64,000 bases of DNA, from NCBI GenBank assembly GCA_965153285.1, contig OZ229117.1. One strand, written 5' to 3'. The number at the start of each line of letters is the position of its first letter. The first letter of the stretch is position 1. Below, in pieces: positions 38,263-49,596 of this stretch. Source of the stretch: Podarcis tiliguerta (taxonomy: Eukaryota). A program made the position numbers and the translations under genes. The notes beneath the pieces are model-generated. The model had not been told where the DNA came from, searched no databases, and worked only from the letters and a program-made list of their open reading frames with translations.

Positions 38263-38959
38263 TAGCTTAAGGCCTGGGGCCAAATGGCCCTCTTGCTTTC
38301 CCTGCCTCCCCAATTGGCCCTGAATTGTGAGGGGTTGAGATTTGAGGTTATACCAGTCCTATCACCATGGTGTACCTTCCTTCCTGGCCATTTGCACATT
38401 GAACTTGACGTGAGCATATGCACCAACACACACACACAGCCTAATGTGCTTAATTCTCCCTGCACCCCCCGTCAACACACATGAGTGTACATGTATGTAG
38501 TTTATGTGCCCTGGAAACATTTGCATGCTTGGGTTTCCTCCTCTTGTATTTGTCCTAAAAGCACTCTTAGGAATTTCACTGGAGGTGGGCACTTACCAGT
38601 TATGGGATGTATCCAGTGTTCTTTGTCTATAAGTGTAAGTTCTTTTGCGTTGGCAGCAGAAATTCATTGCACAATAGATTGTTGTACAATAAACTGCACA
38701 AGGTTACCAGCAACCCGCTTGTGCATTACCTTGTGCAACAACATTCCCCTGGTGCAAAACACTTTGCCAGCGGAACAAGCAGACCACTAAGTGATTTTCA
38801 TTTAGTGCTACATTGGATACAACCCAAAGCCAATCAAATGGGGCTGCTCAGCGGCACTATCCTAAGCAGGCAATAGGATGCCTGTTTGTTGTTAGGGGAA
38901 AGTGTTGTGGTTGTGTTGGAAGATCCATGCTTTGAAAATCTTGCTTTGTTTCTCCACAG

Positions 38960-39147
38960 TTCTTACCACATGCAGAGGATCGGATACTTATCACTGGGGC
39001 TGCCGATTCCAAGGTGCATGTCCACGACTTGACGGTTAAAGAAACCATCCATATGTTTGGGGATCACAAAAACAGAGTCAAGCGTATTGCCACAGCTCCC
39101 ATGTGGCCCAACACCTTCTGGAGTGCAGCTGAGGATGGGTTGATTAG
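38960..39147 (+). CDS. WDTC1: WDTC1 exon 6 (FLPHAEDRILITGAADSKVHVHD...WSAAEDGLI)
   Basis: ccacag| ... |gtacaa; 188 nt. Confidence 0.97.
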
Positions 39148-39677
39148 GTACAAGTGCTTTCTTATCTGAAGAGCGACAGCCCTTCCTACCAAGGGCAGTG
39201 AATTTTGTGAGGATGCTAAGAACTCTCTGCTGGCTATTACAGTACTGCAATTCTCAGGCTTGTGTGGTATGGTGTAAGAGCCAGAACTGTTTGAAGCCAA
39301 ATTCAGTATAAGGTGCAATGCTGCCTTATACTGTGTTGATCATTGGCCCATTCAGCCCTGTACTGTCTGCTATGTCTGGCAGCAGCTCTACATAGTCTTT
39401 GGCAGAGACTTCACATTGGCCTGCAACTCTAAACCTTTAACTGGAAATGCCAGAAATTGCACCTGTGACCTTTTTGCATGCAAAATGTGTGTTCTGCCAA
39501 TTAGCCTTCGTCAAAGAGAACCAACCTAAGCAAAACCTAGGTAGGAAGAAGTAGACCAGCAAAGCATTGGCGCCTTAATTCCCCATTTTCCATGGTGGCT
39601 CAGTGTGTGATGCCTATCAGTGGCTTCTTCTGTTCTGTATGTACCTGTTAACACACTTTCATTTGTTCATTTTTTAG

Positions 39678-39860
39678 ACAGTATGACCTGCGAGAGAACA
39701 GCAAACACTCAGAGGTCCTGATTGACCTGACGGAATACTGTGGACAGCTTGTGGAGGCAAAGTGTCTCACTGTCAACCCCCAGGACAATAACTACCTGGC
39801 AGTGGGAGCCAGTGGGCCTTTTGTACGGATCTATGATATACGCATGATCCACAATCACAG
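39678..39860 (+). CDS. WDTC1: WDTC1 exon 7 (QYDLRENSKHSEVLIDL...VRIYDIRMIHNH)
   Basis: ttttag| ... |gtaacg; 183 nt; YDLR and YDIR are WDxR-type DCAF motifs. Confidence 0.97.
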
Positions 39861-39921
39861 GTAACGATAACTAATTCTTGGAGCTTGGTGGGATTTAAGT
39901 CTTCAGGCAGAAGGGAAAGTA

Positions 39922-40268
39922 CAGTGGTGCCTCGCAAGACGAAAAGAATCCGTTCCGTGAGTCTCTTCGTCTAGCGGTTTTTTCGTCTTGCGAAGCAAGC
40001 CCATTAGCGGATTAGCACTATTAGCGGTTTAGCGGCTATTAAAGGCTTAAGGGATTAGCGGATTAGCTGCTAAAAGGCTATTAGCAGCTTAGTGCCTTAG
40101 AAAAAGGGGGTGGGGAGCGGAAAAAAAACCCTAGGAATCGCAAGACATTTTCGTCTTGCGAAGCAAGCCCATAGCAAATTCGTCCTGCGAAGCACCTCCA
40201 AAACGGAAAACCCTTTCGTCTAGCGGGTTTTCCGTCTTGCGAGGCATTCATCTTGCGGGGCACCACTG
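39922..40268. mobile_element. Tc1/mariner MITE, family A (inverted relative to the 8690 copy), 61 bp after WDTC1 exon 7
   Basis: TIR CAGTGGTGCC(T/C)CGCAAGA; TA TSD. Confidence 0.9.
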
Positions 40269-41520
40269 TAATGTAAAACCAAGAAAGACTTGCACCAATT
40301 CACATGAACTGTAGAGGGCGCTGTAAACTCAGAGTACACTACAGGTTCCTTAGCGTTAGCTGTGCTGGTTTTGTAGCAGCAGACCATCAGTCATATTGCT
40401 GTGGACTACAGGCCAACATTTATTTTAAGCTTAGCCATAGAGTGTACTCTGCCATGAGATGGAGTGCTTGACTGCCTCACCATAAAGGTGGACATAATGC
40501 ACTTTGAACATGACGGTGCATCCGGGGTCACATGAGTCATTTCTGTTGGCTAAACCTTGGAAATTGTCCAGCTGCAAGTGGATATATGTGGCTGTTGTAG
40601 AGAAGTAGACTCTTGAAAAATATTCAGGTTAGTTTATTGCAACAAAAGAGAGGGACCCGTAGCAGCTTTTAAAAGGTGGAATGAAGTAGCACACAGTTTC
40701 GTTTCAGAGAGCTTGATTCCTGTACGGTATGATGCGGACAGTAAAGGTGATGAATATATTCATGTATGTACATGCATAGAAAAACTGTGTGTTGGGGAGG
40801 GCAGGGACCAGCTTTATAAAGTGAGATAAAGGGGTACATCTTGATCTTTACTTTTGCTGTAATTGAAAATTCTACGCCTGAATGCCAAAGCTATCAGTAG
40901 TATGACATCATACCAAAGACTTGCAGGAGAGCACTGGCTTGTATGTACTAGAAGCTATTAATTCTCATTCCTGATTGAAAGTAAATCTATGGCATTTTAT
41001 TTTGTGTTAACTACATTTGCTTGCTCCCCCCCCCCCTTCTTCCCTCCACTCTCTTTCTAATTGTTCCCATAGTTGAAATCTAAATTGTGAAGTCTTTGGG
41101 ACATTGATTTTTCTTTGTTTTGCTGATGTTAACTTGGTAAAGTGCCATGTTTATAAAAGCAGGAGTCTGTAATTAAAACTTTTTTAAAATAGTCAGACTT
41201 TAACATTGTCTGTTGCACTACACATGAAGGATGATTCCTTGTGGTAAGATGCAATCTGTATACCTAATTTGCACCAAGTGATAATGCCTCCCAAATTCAG
41301 CAGCCTCCTGTTCCGTCAGTCCTCTTCTCCCATCTTTTTAAGCATATAGAACTCATACTGTCCCAGTATCCTCTCCCACTCTGCTCCCTGGTAGTTTCCT
41401 TGTGTTTCGCCTTTTTAATTTAACAGATTTGGTACTTTTTTCCCCAAGTAAAGCAGTGGTTTTAACATTGCCCTCAAAACCAGCATCATCAAAATTAAAC
41501 TCTTTCTCCCTTCTGTCTAG

Positions 41521-41615
41521 AAAAACAATGAAACAGAATCCCACAGCTGGAGTCCATACATTTTGTGACCGGCAGAAACCCCTTCCAGATGGTGCAGCAC
41601 AGTACTATGTAGCAG
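41521..41615 (+). CDS. WDTC1: WDTC1 exon 8 (KTMKQNPTAGVHTFCDRQKPLPDGAAQYYVA)
   Basis: gtctag| ... |gtaaga; 95 nt. Confidence 0.97.
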
Positions 41616-41948
41616 GTAAGACAGTTTTGTGTGCTGTGACTAATCTGGGGTCTGCTTGTGTTCCAAAAGATGGTGGTTTTGCTGTCTCATTAAGGAGGTG
41701 CAGGTGCTTTTAAGTTACTTGGACTGGGAGTGGATGGCTCAAACATGGATTTCCTTGACTGTTGAGAGCTTAGTATGAGTTGAGAACTCCTTCATATCAC
41801 AACTGACGGGTGCTACAAAGGCCAGCACAAATATGAGATGCTTTTACAGTAAAGCACCTTTTGAAAGTTTGTAATAGTGGGCTGAGGTCACTTCCACTCT
41901 GTGAAGTTGTTGAGGTGAGCTACGCTTGAGTTTCTTCTCGTTCTTCAG

Positions 41949-42064
41949 GGCATCTTCCAGTGAAATTGCCAGACTACAATAACCGGCTGAGAGTTTTGGT
42001 AGCTACATATGTCACCTTCAGTCCTGATGGTACAGAACTCTTGGTCAACATGGGAGGGGAGCAG
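41949..42064 (+). CDS. WDTC1: WDTC1 exon 9 (HLPVKLPDYNNRLRVLVATYVTFSPDGTELLVNMGGEQ)
   Basis: cttcag| ... |gtaaga; 116 nt. Confidence 0.97.
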
Positions 42065-43735
42065 GTAAGAAGGATCACAGATGAATTACCCATTAGAAAT
42101 TGATGGGCAGGTGTTTTGGGACTGGGTTGTTGGGGGTTGTTGTTTCCATTTCCCAATTTTATTTCTTTGAGCAACCCTCACAGGGCTGGAAAGTCATTCA
42201 AAAGATTTCCTAGATAAAACTCAAAGGGGTCAAGGTCAGCACCACAAGGACTGAGTGGCCTTTGGCCCATCCACAGTGCAGAAAATATTGCAAAATAGAA
42301 AAAGCTAAGATTCTAATCAAACCAAATGTGAAACAGTTCTCTTATGTGGAATTACTGGTGCTGGTTATGCCTAAGAGCTCCCATGAAGAAGACGTGAAAC
42401 ATGTTGGGATCAAACCATACTTCGCTGCACCTGGAAGTGTCATCCCTTCTCCTTTCCCCAAATCTAGGTTTGCTGCCACATAAATCTCTGGAAGGGCCTA
42501 TTTAATTATAGACTTGAAGCTAAATATATGAATTGCTTTCACTGAAAAGCATTGCAGCCACTGCGGTGCCAGGTAGCTCTTCAATGGTAGTGGTTTCATA
42601 TATGTGGATGATCGCTTGGCAGTCATTAAATGATTTGCACAGTGCTCGTTCTGGGCAGCTAGTACTGCATATGTTTTGTAGTAGTTCCTCATCCCTCCAA
42701 TCTCTTTGGGCTGAGTTTCCTGAAGATAACGGCTGTGGGGACTTTCCATGAAGGTCATGAATCCCTTGGGTTGCCCTCTAGATGTTGCTGGGCTAGAAGT
42801 CTCACCATTCCTGACCATTGGCCATGTTAGCTGGGGTTGGAGTCCAGCAACATCTGAAGGGCACAGAACTCCCTATCCTTGCCTTAACTGTCTCTGAAAA
42901 TCATAGGTGCCCTGGAAATGCTGGCAATGAACAAACACCTTATCCTTCCCAGCACTTTCTGATTTTGGAAGCAAAGGAACACTTTCTTTGGTACCAGGAA
43001 AGTGCGACTTGGTGTACAGAGCATGACATGGTCTCTGTCCATAGGTGCTTCCTTTTGGTAGTTTCACTGCAGGCTGTAGACTTAAGCTGGCTTTTCAGTG
43101 TGTATTATTATATTTAAAAAATTCATACTCATGGTTTTCAAAATAGGAATTTTGCTGTTGTGTATGAAACCACATAAAATTCTCCATGATATCCTTCCCT
43201 ACTCTAAATTAATAAACTGCTTCATGCTGTGTGTGTGTGTGCACACTCCAAGGCATGGGACACATTTTGGTAATTCTGATAATTCTGGGACCATTCCTAG
43301 GCTTCTGCATGTAGTCCTAGGAACATATGAAGAAATCCTTTTCCAAATGTAGGAAGTTTTTCTGTGGTTGCTTTTGTTCTCACCTGACAAATCAGTTTCC
43401 TAGTCAAAGAGGTGGCTTGATTTAAAATTTCCATAAACTGGTATAGTTTTGTTGTTTTATGACGAAGAAGCTGTTCTGTATATATTACTCTGAAATCCAT
43501 GGTTCTTTCTTAAGGCATCACTAGGCATTCAGTTCCCAGTGACCATCTTTTGAGGGTGGGGAGGCGCCTTTTGGGTTCTGAAGTAATGTTTTACATTACC
43601 CAGTAGAGGACATAGTTGCTCTCTACTAGACACGTGCATGTTCATGTTAACTGGCAGAAAACAAATACTTTTATTTCTTCATCATAACTTGGCTTGTATA
43701 GCCTGCAAACTTACTGTCCTCCACTTGATTTCTAG

Positions 43736-43811
43736 GTTTACTTATTTGATCTGACTTACAAGCAGCGGCCATACACTTTTCTCCTGCCAAAGAAATGCCA
43801 CTCTTCAGGAG
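43736..43811 (+). CDS. WDTC1: WDTC1 exon 10 (VYLFDLTYKQRPYTFLLPKKCHSSG)
   Basis: ttctag| ... |gtgagc; 76 nt. Confidence 0.96.
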
Positions 43812-45577
43812 GTGAGCGAACTACATTTACCTTGAATTGAAGAAAGCGCCTGTATTTGTATTCAACTCCTAAGGCATTTCTTTGTGGCCACTCCAGCTTT
43901 TTGCCTGTTTCTAGCCCTCTTGGAGGTTGACATAGATTTCAAAACTGGTGTTGTCCTTGGAATGGTGGTTGTGTGGAGGACTTGCAACCCAGTTCCAGCA
44001 AATTTTACAGCTTTTTATTCCCAATCAGTGTAATTTAAGTGTCTTTGAACAAACCGGGGAGATTCCAGTCTTTAATTACTTAATGGGCTTTGCAGTATCC
44101 CATAGATAATGCGGTGACCCTCTCCTTGCTATTCCGCCCCATTGTTTTTTGGTGAATAAGTATTAGATACCCATTTTGGTCACATTCATGCCATTGGTAT
44201 GTGGGTTTTGCTAATAACATGCAAGTAAAATATGCAAAACTCGCTGCTGCTTTATATCTGTCACATTGGAAGTGGTGATCTTTACCAAACAAGTTGCCAA
44301 GGTAGGTAACTTATGACATGCTGTGGCTTTGTCTAAGAAATAAACATAATGGAATGTCAGAGCATGTTGCAAAGCAGAAAATGGGACTTTTTATATTGAG
44401 TTGTAAGTCCCCAGCGCATACCTCTTTGCAGAGCAATAAAACCAAATGTTTATAATGGATAGACACTTATTTGCTTAAAGGGGATAGGGCTGAGGGAAGT
44501 GTATGAGGCAGGACTTAGTGGCTAATGAAAGCTAATGAAACAGCACCACAAGGCTTCTTCTTTCCCTGTACCACTGCAAGTGGAAGCGCCATTGCTGACT
44601 TCACTTACCACTCATAGTGCAGTTCTCTGTGTTCAGGGTTTCTCTCCCATTTGGAATAGTACAGCATGGAGTTGGTAGTATAATGCTATCATGTCAGGAC
44701 ACTGCAAACATAAGCTGGTTCAGTGGCCAATCTCCCTTTCCCAGGAACTGTAGTTTTGTGTGTGTGCACACCAGGGAGTGGGGGATAGGGATCTTAACAA
44801 AATTGTTGGTGCTCTTTCTGACTTACGATTCCCAGGGTTGCTTGGGAAAAGCTATGATCGTTAAATATGAACAAAGCCTACTAGTTTGCCATTTAGTTGT
44901 TATTTTTTGTTAAGTTTAAGTAAATGTGCCTCTGGAGGGAGCTGTATGCCCATATCTGCATTCCTGGTTGATGTTGACTTTTGAGATACCTCGCACAGGC
45001 TAGCGACAAAGAGTTTTCAGAGATCCAGGAGCAGCTGCTTCTGTCCAAAAGTCCAGGTGGGGGCGAGGACCATAACACTTCTCAAGCTGGCAACCCCACG
45101 GGGGGAAGGGGGTGCCTACTTGATGTGTATCATTAAGCCCCCTTTGCCTTAAGTTGACTCCAAACGGTATACCTCAGCAAGCAGGTCAAATTGGCTTCCC
45201 AATGCCTTGCCAAACCCTTCATCTGTAATCAATATAAGTTGCAGCCTTATTTGACCCAAGCTACGTGCCTTGTGTAATTGGTATGGGTGGTCCTTGGAGG
45301 TGGGGGCGCCAGGCTTACACAATGAGCTGTGAGCCAGGGAAGAGCAGATTGAAATCTTGCTCGTGTAACCAACTTGATGAAAGGCTACAAGTTCTATGCG
45401 AGTCACGAGTGTTTATTTCTGGGATGCAGGGGTGGTGGTGGTTTCAACATATATGCTTTGTTTTACCCTTGGCCTCCTTGAGGATTGATGAGTCCATGAA
45501 ACTGAAAGGCCAAGTATGTGCAAGATGCCTGTACATTATCTGCAACTTACACCTTGCTTGTCTTTCCAACACTCAAG

Positions 45578-45674
45578 AGGTGCAGAATGGGAAAACATCA
45601 ACCAATGGCGTGTCAAATGGCATCCATCTCCACAGCAACGGCTTCAGGCTGTCTGAGGGACGAGCACACATAAG
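45578..45674 (+). CDS. WDTC1: WDTC1 exon 11 (EVQNGKTSTNGVSNGIHLHSNGFRLSEGRAHI)
   Basis: ctcaag| ... |gtaagg; 97 nt; frame consistent with neighbours. Confidence 0.93.
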
Positions 45675-46202
45675 GTAAGGTGACATGCTTGTCTTCAATT
45701 GTTTTGTATTTTTGAGCTAAACTGTGTCCAAAAAGTTCTGGGAATTTACTTAAAGAGACTGAGAGCCAGAGTCAACTTGACTGGAAACTGTGCCAAGTCT
45801 TCACCAACCTGGTGCCCTCCAGATGTTTTAGATTACAGCCTCATCCAACACAGCTGTACTGGTTGGGGCTGCTGGGAGTTGTTGCTGTTGTTGCCATTAA
45901 TGCTATTATCTTCCACATATATCTCAAGGTGATGTACAAAGCATAATAAAGCCCCAAAAACCACTTAACTGCGCAAGAAACAGCAGAATATAATTTTTTA
46001 AAAAACAATACAGAATAGACTTCTGTGGCAGAAACTTGTTTATCCAACTGGGAGAACTGATTGAAATAAAAGTGTGTTTTGTTTTATAAAAGCAGAGTAT
46101 AAATTTAATAAATCAAAGGGAGGTTGGGGGTAAGGAGGGGTTCCATGGCCAGGATCTATTTTGACATATTCCAGCTCTCCTCTCCTCCCCTCCCTTCTGA
46201 AG

Positions 46203-46376
46203 TCCACAGGTGGAGCTGCCTCCCTATCTGGAGAAAATCAAGCTGCAAGCCAACGAGGCATTTGCTTGTCAGCAATGGACTCAAGCCATCCAGCTTTATA
46301 GCAAAGCTGTCCAGAAAGCCTCCAGCAATGCCATGCTGTACGGAAACAGAGCTGCTGCCTACATGAAGCGCAAGTG
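46203..46376 (+). CDS. WDTC1: WDTC1 exon 12, TPR region (PQVELPPYLEKIKLQANEAFACQQWTQAIQLYSKA...NRAAAYMKRK)
   Basis: ctgaag| ... |gtaagc; 174 nt; TPR consensus. Confidence 0.94.
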
Positions 46377-47125
46377 GTAAGCAAACGAGGCCACTTTCCT
46401 TAATGAAATGAGCCTCTCTTGCCATCTTAGGATAGCACTGTGGGAGTTGCTCTGCCCTTCCTTGATCTCAAGAGTATGTGGATATTACTTCCTCCATAGT
46501 CGGCTGTCAGTCTGACTGCTAAAGCCACTGGTCTGCATACTCTTTCATGGGCTGTCTCTTTTTTAGACTAGCCTTCCTCAACCTGGTGATGCCCAGACGT
46601 TGTTGGACTCAAGCTCCCATCAGCACCAGCCAGCATGACCCAGGGAGCTGGAGTCCAACATCATCTTGAGAGCGCACAAGGTGAGGGGAGAATGCTCTCA
46701 CCAGAGGAGCCACATGAGCCCCCTCTCAGATAGTTTATGCCTTCCTCTGCTTCTTCTCTCCTAACAGAAAGAATCTATCTTGTCTTTCCCTCCTGGGAAA
46801 ATTCTGCAAGCAATAGTGCCCATATATCAGGACCAAGTATAGTCTGGCTTTTGCTGCTGTGGAAGAAAAGCAGAGGTGCTTCTGTTTTGAGGGAAATGTG
46901 GGCTCATTCATAGCTCCGTGGTAGAGTGCATGGTTTGGATGTAAAAAGTTCCAGGTCCAATCCCAGGCATTCCAGGTAGGACTAGGAAAGACCAGGTCTG
47001 AAACCCTGGAGAGATGCAATCAGACATTTCAGAGAATACTGAACTAGATGGGGGTAAATGAGTTTTGGAAGCAAGAGGGGAAATACTTTCCCACTGAATA
47101 ATTAGGATTTTTGTCACCTTTACAG

Positions 47126-47361
47126 GGATGGGGATCACTACGATGCATTGAGAGACTGCTTAAAGGCCATCTCCCTAAATCCATGCCACTTGAAGGCTCA
47201 CTTCCGCCTGGCTCGCTGTCTCTTTGAGCTGAAGTATGTGGCAGAAGCACTGGAGTGTCTGGATGACTTCAAAGGAAAATTCCCTGAGCAAGCACATAGC
47301 AGTGCTTGTGATGCACTGGACCGGGACATCAATGCAGCCCTTTTCTCAAAAAGTGATAATG
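47126..47361 (+). CDS. WDTC1: WDTC1 exon 13, TPR region (DGDHYDALRDCLKAISLNPCHLKAHFRLARCL...)
   Basis: ttacag| ... |gtgaga; 236 nt. Confidence 0.97.
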
Positions 47362-47682
47362 GTGAGAACTGTTGTGCCAGCGTATTGCCATCCTGCCCTG
47401 AGCATTGGTGAAGGCTTAGATTCCTTTTCTTAAATTATCAAACCTCTGAGGTGTACATGATTCAAGACTATTCAGCTGCAACTTGCATTAGCACTGCACT
47501 TTTCTTTTTATGCCTTTATGTTTTTCTGAACAGCGCAGATATCAGTTGTATGGTGGTGGGTGTAATTTAGATCAGGGGCAGACTGAGAAGCTAGGAGGGC
47601 CACATTCAGCCCTGGGCCTGAGGTTCCCCACCCCAGGACCCAATAATTTCTGAGGTCCCTTCCAGCTTTAAAATTCCTAGGT

Positions 47683-47722
47683 GGCTGTTGTTGTTGTTTA
47701 GTCATTTAGTCGTGTCCAACTC
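47683..47722 (-). mobile_element. 40-bp Bov-B 3' tip insertion
   Basis: Reverse complement gagttggacacgactaaatgactaaacaacaac matches the tail at 885-917; TSD TTCCTAGGT (47674-47682 / 47723-47731). Confidence 0.8.
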
Positions 47723-47839
47723 TTCCTAGGTAGAGGATGTTATTTATCGCTGCGAAGTAGGGTAGACTGAGAGGCAGCAAGGCTTTCTTGTGCTCTCCCA
47801 AGTGCTAGAAACAAGTAACATTGGTTTGACTTTCTTTAG

Positions 47840-48008
47840 CGGAAGACAAGAAAGGGAGCGGCCCTATCTGGCTTCGAGCAACGGGCCGAAAAGATTCCAT
47901 TTCGGATGATGAGATGGTGCTGAGGGAGCGCAGCTATGACTACAAGTTCAGATACTGCGGCCACTGCAACACCACCACAGACATCAAAGAGGCCAACTTT
48001 TTTGGCAG
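47840..48008 (+). CDS. WDTC1: WDTC1 exon 14 (EDKKGSGPIWLR...YCGHCNTTTDIKEANFFG)
   Basis: ctttag| ... |gtatgt; 169 nt. Confidence 0.96.
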
Positions 48009-48198
48009 GTATGTCAACTTCTCTCAAGGTCAGGAGTGGAGTTTCTGCTGTTTATGTGTTGCCCTTCCATCTGTACTGCCTGCTGAATTAGGGATCGAGG
48101 GAAATTTTGTTTGGTCCACATTTTACAATGATCAAACCTGACTCTTGCTTCAATTCTTCTACTTACTCTCTCCAACAATCCCTGCCCCCCCCTCCCAG

Positions 48199-48391
48199 CA
48201 ATGCACAGTACATTGTCAGCGGCTCTGACGACGGCTCCTTCTTCATCTGGGAAAAAGAAACAACAAACCTGGTGCGGGTGTTGCAAGGCGACGAGTCCAT
48301 TGTCAACTGCCTCCAGCCCCACCCAAGTTACTGCTTCCTGGCCACCAGTGGCATCGATCCAGTCGTACGGCTGTGGAATCCCAGACCAGAG
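48199..48391 (+). CDS. WDTC1: WDTC1 exon 15 (NAQYIVSGSDDGSFFIWEK...VVRLWNPRPE)
   Basis: tcccag| ... |gtatga; 193 nt; C-terminal WD40 repeats. Confidence 0.97.
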
Positions 48392-48474
48392 GTATGATCA
48401 GACAAAGGATTAGACAAATGCATGCATCTGCCTTCTACAGGCAACCTCTAGGCCTGGTTGCTGAATGCTACTTG

Positions 48475-48850
48475 CATGTGCTGACCTTTAAAGCCCTAAA
48501 AGGCCTCAGCCCAGTATACCTGAAGGAGTGTCTCCACCCCCATTGTTCAGCCCGGACACTGAGGTCCAGCACCAAGGGCCTGCTGGTGGTTCCCTCACTG
48601 CGAGAAGTGAGGTTACAGGGAACCAGGCAGAGGGCCTACTCGGTAGTGGCGCCCGCCCTGTGGAATGCCCTCCCATCAGATGTCAAGGAAATCAACAACT
48701 ATATGACTTTTAAAATACATCTGAAGGCAGCCCTGTTTAGGGAAGTTTTTAATGTTTGATGTTTTATCGGGTTTTTTTTATATTCCGTTGGGAGCCACTC
48801 AGAGTGGCTGGGAGACCTGGCCAGATGGGTGGGGTATAAGTAATAAATGA
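48475..48850 (+). mobile_element. L2 LINE 3' end in WDTC1 intron 15
   Basis: LTFKALKGLSPVYLKECL...RAYSVVAPALWNALP...FKIHLKAALFREVF plus 3' tail and (ATG)n. Confidence 0.9.
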
Positions 48851-48987
48851 TGATGATGATGATGATGTTGTTCAGAGCAATGTGTCTGCCATGGGCTAAG
48901 CTTGGAAAACCAAAAGCACCCCACCCACTTTGGTTTGCCCAGCACGAGCAGCTAACGTTGCCTGTTGCCCTTCCTCTTGTTTTGCAG

Positions 48988-49185
48988 AGCGAGACACTGA
49001 ACGGGCGAGTGGTGGAAGATATGGAAGGCGCTTCCCAAGCCAACCAGAGGCGGATGAATGCTGACCCACTGGAGGTGATGCTGTTTAACATGGGCTACCG
49101 GATCACAGGACTGACTAGTGGTGGGACTGGAGGCTCAGATGATGAAGACAGCTCCGAGGGGCAAGTCCACTGCCGGACCAGCTAA
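48988..49185 (+). CDS. WDTC1: WDTC1 last exon, coding part (SETLNGRVVEDMEG...SEGQVHCRTS*)
   Basis: ttgcag| acceptor; TAA at 49183-49185. Summed CDS is 2016 nt = 671 aa plus stop. Confidence 0.97.
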   Translation, partial: SETLNGRVVEDMEGASQANQRRMNADPLEVMLFNMGYRITGLTSGGTGGSDDEDSSEGQVHCRTS

Positions 49186-49590
49186 AGCTGAACTGCCTCT
49201 CCTTCCCATGATTTTGGGGTTTTTTTGTTTTTGTTTCTTTGTTTGAAGGGAAATCTAGTTTGCTCAGTTTGAACTCTGATGAACGACTGCACTGTTTCAC
49301 ACTATGCACAGAGTAGGACACGTCAGCAGGGGCAAGAGTGGCTTTGTTAAACTGCTGCTACTATTTCTTCCCCCCTTTTGCCCCGTTCCACTATTGAGCA
49401 GCATGGTAACGCGGCCTGTTGAGTTTTGCCTCCCAGCAGAATCTATACTGTACAGGGGTTCCTTTTCCACGTTGTCTGTGAGCAGTGTAAAACTGGTAGC
49501 CATCCCCTCCTCCAGCGCTGCTGCATGGCCTGGATGGTGGGAGGCATTGCCTACATGAATGCATTTTACAGAGAGGATGTTTAAAAACTC

Positions 49591-49596
49591 AATAAA
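49591..49596 (+). terminator. Candidate proximal WDTC1 polyadenylation signal (AATAAA); another candidate at 52282-52287
   Basis: First AATAAA after the stop codon; usage not shown. Confidence 0.45.

Noticed and set aside
48373-48759. 128-aa ORF in WDTC1 intron 15 as a host exon
   Set aside because: It is the L2 ORF2 C-terminus; exons 15 and 16 join in frame without it.
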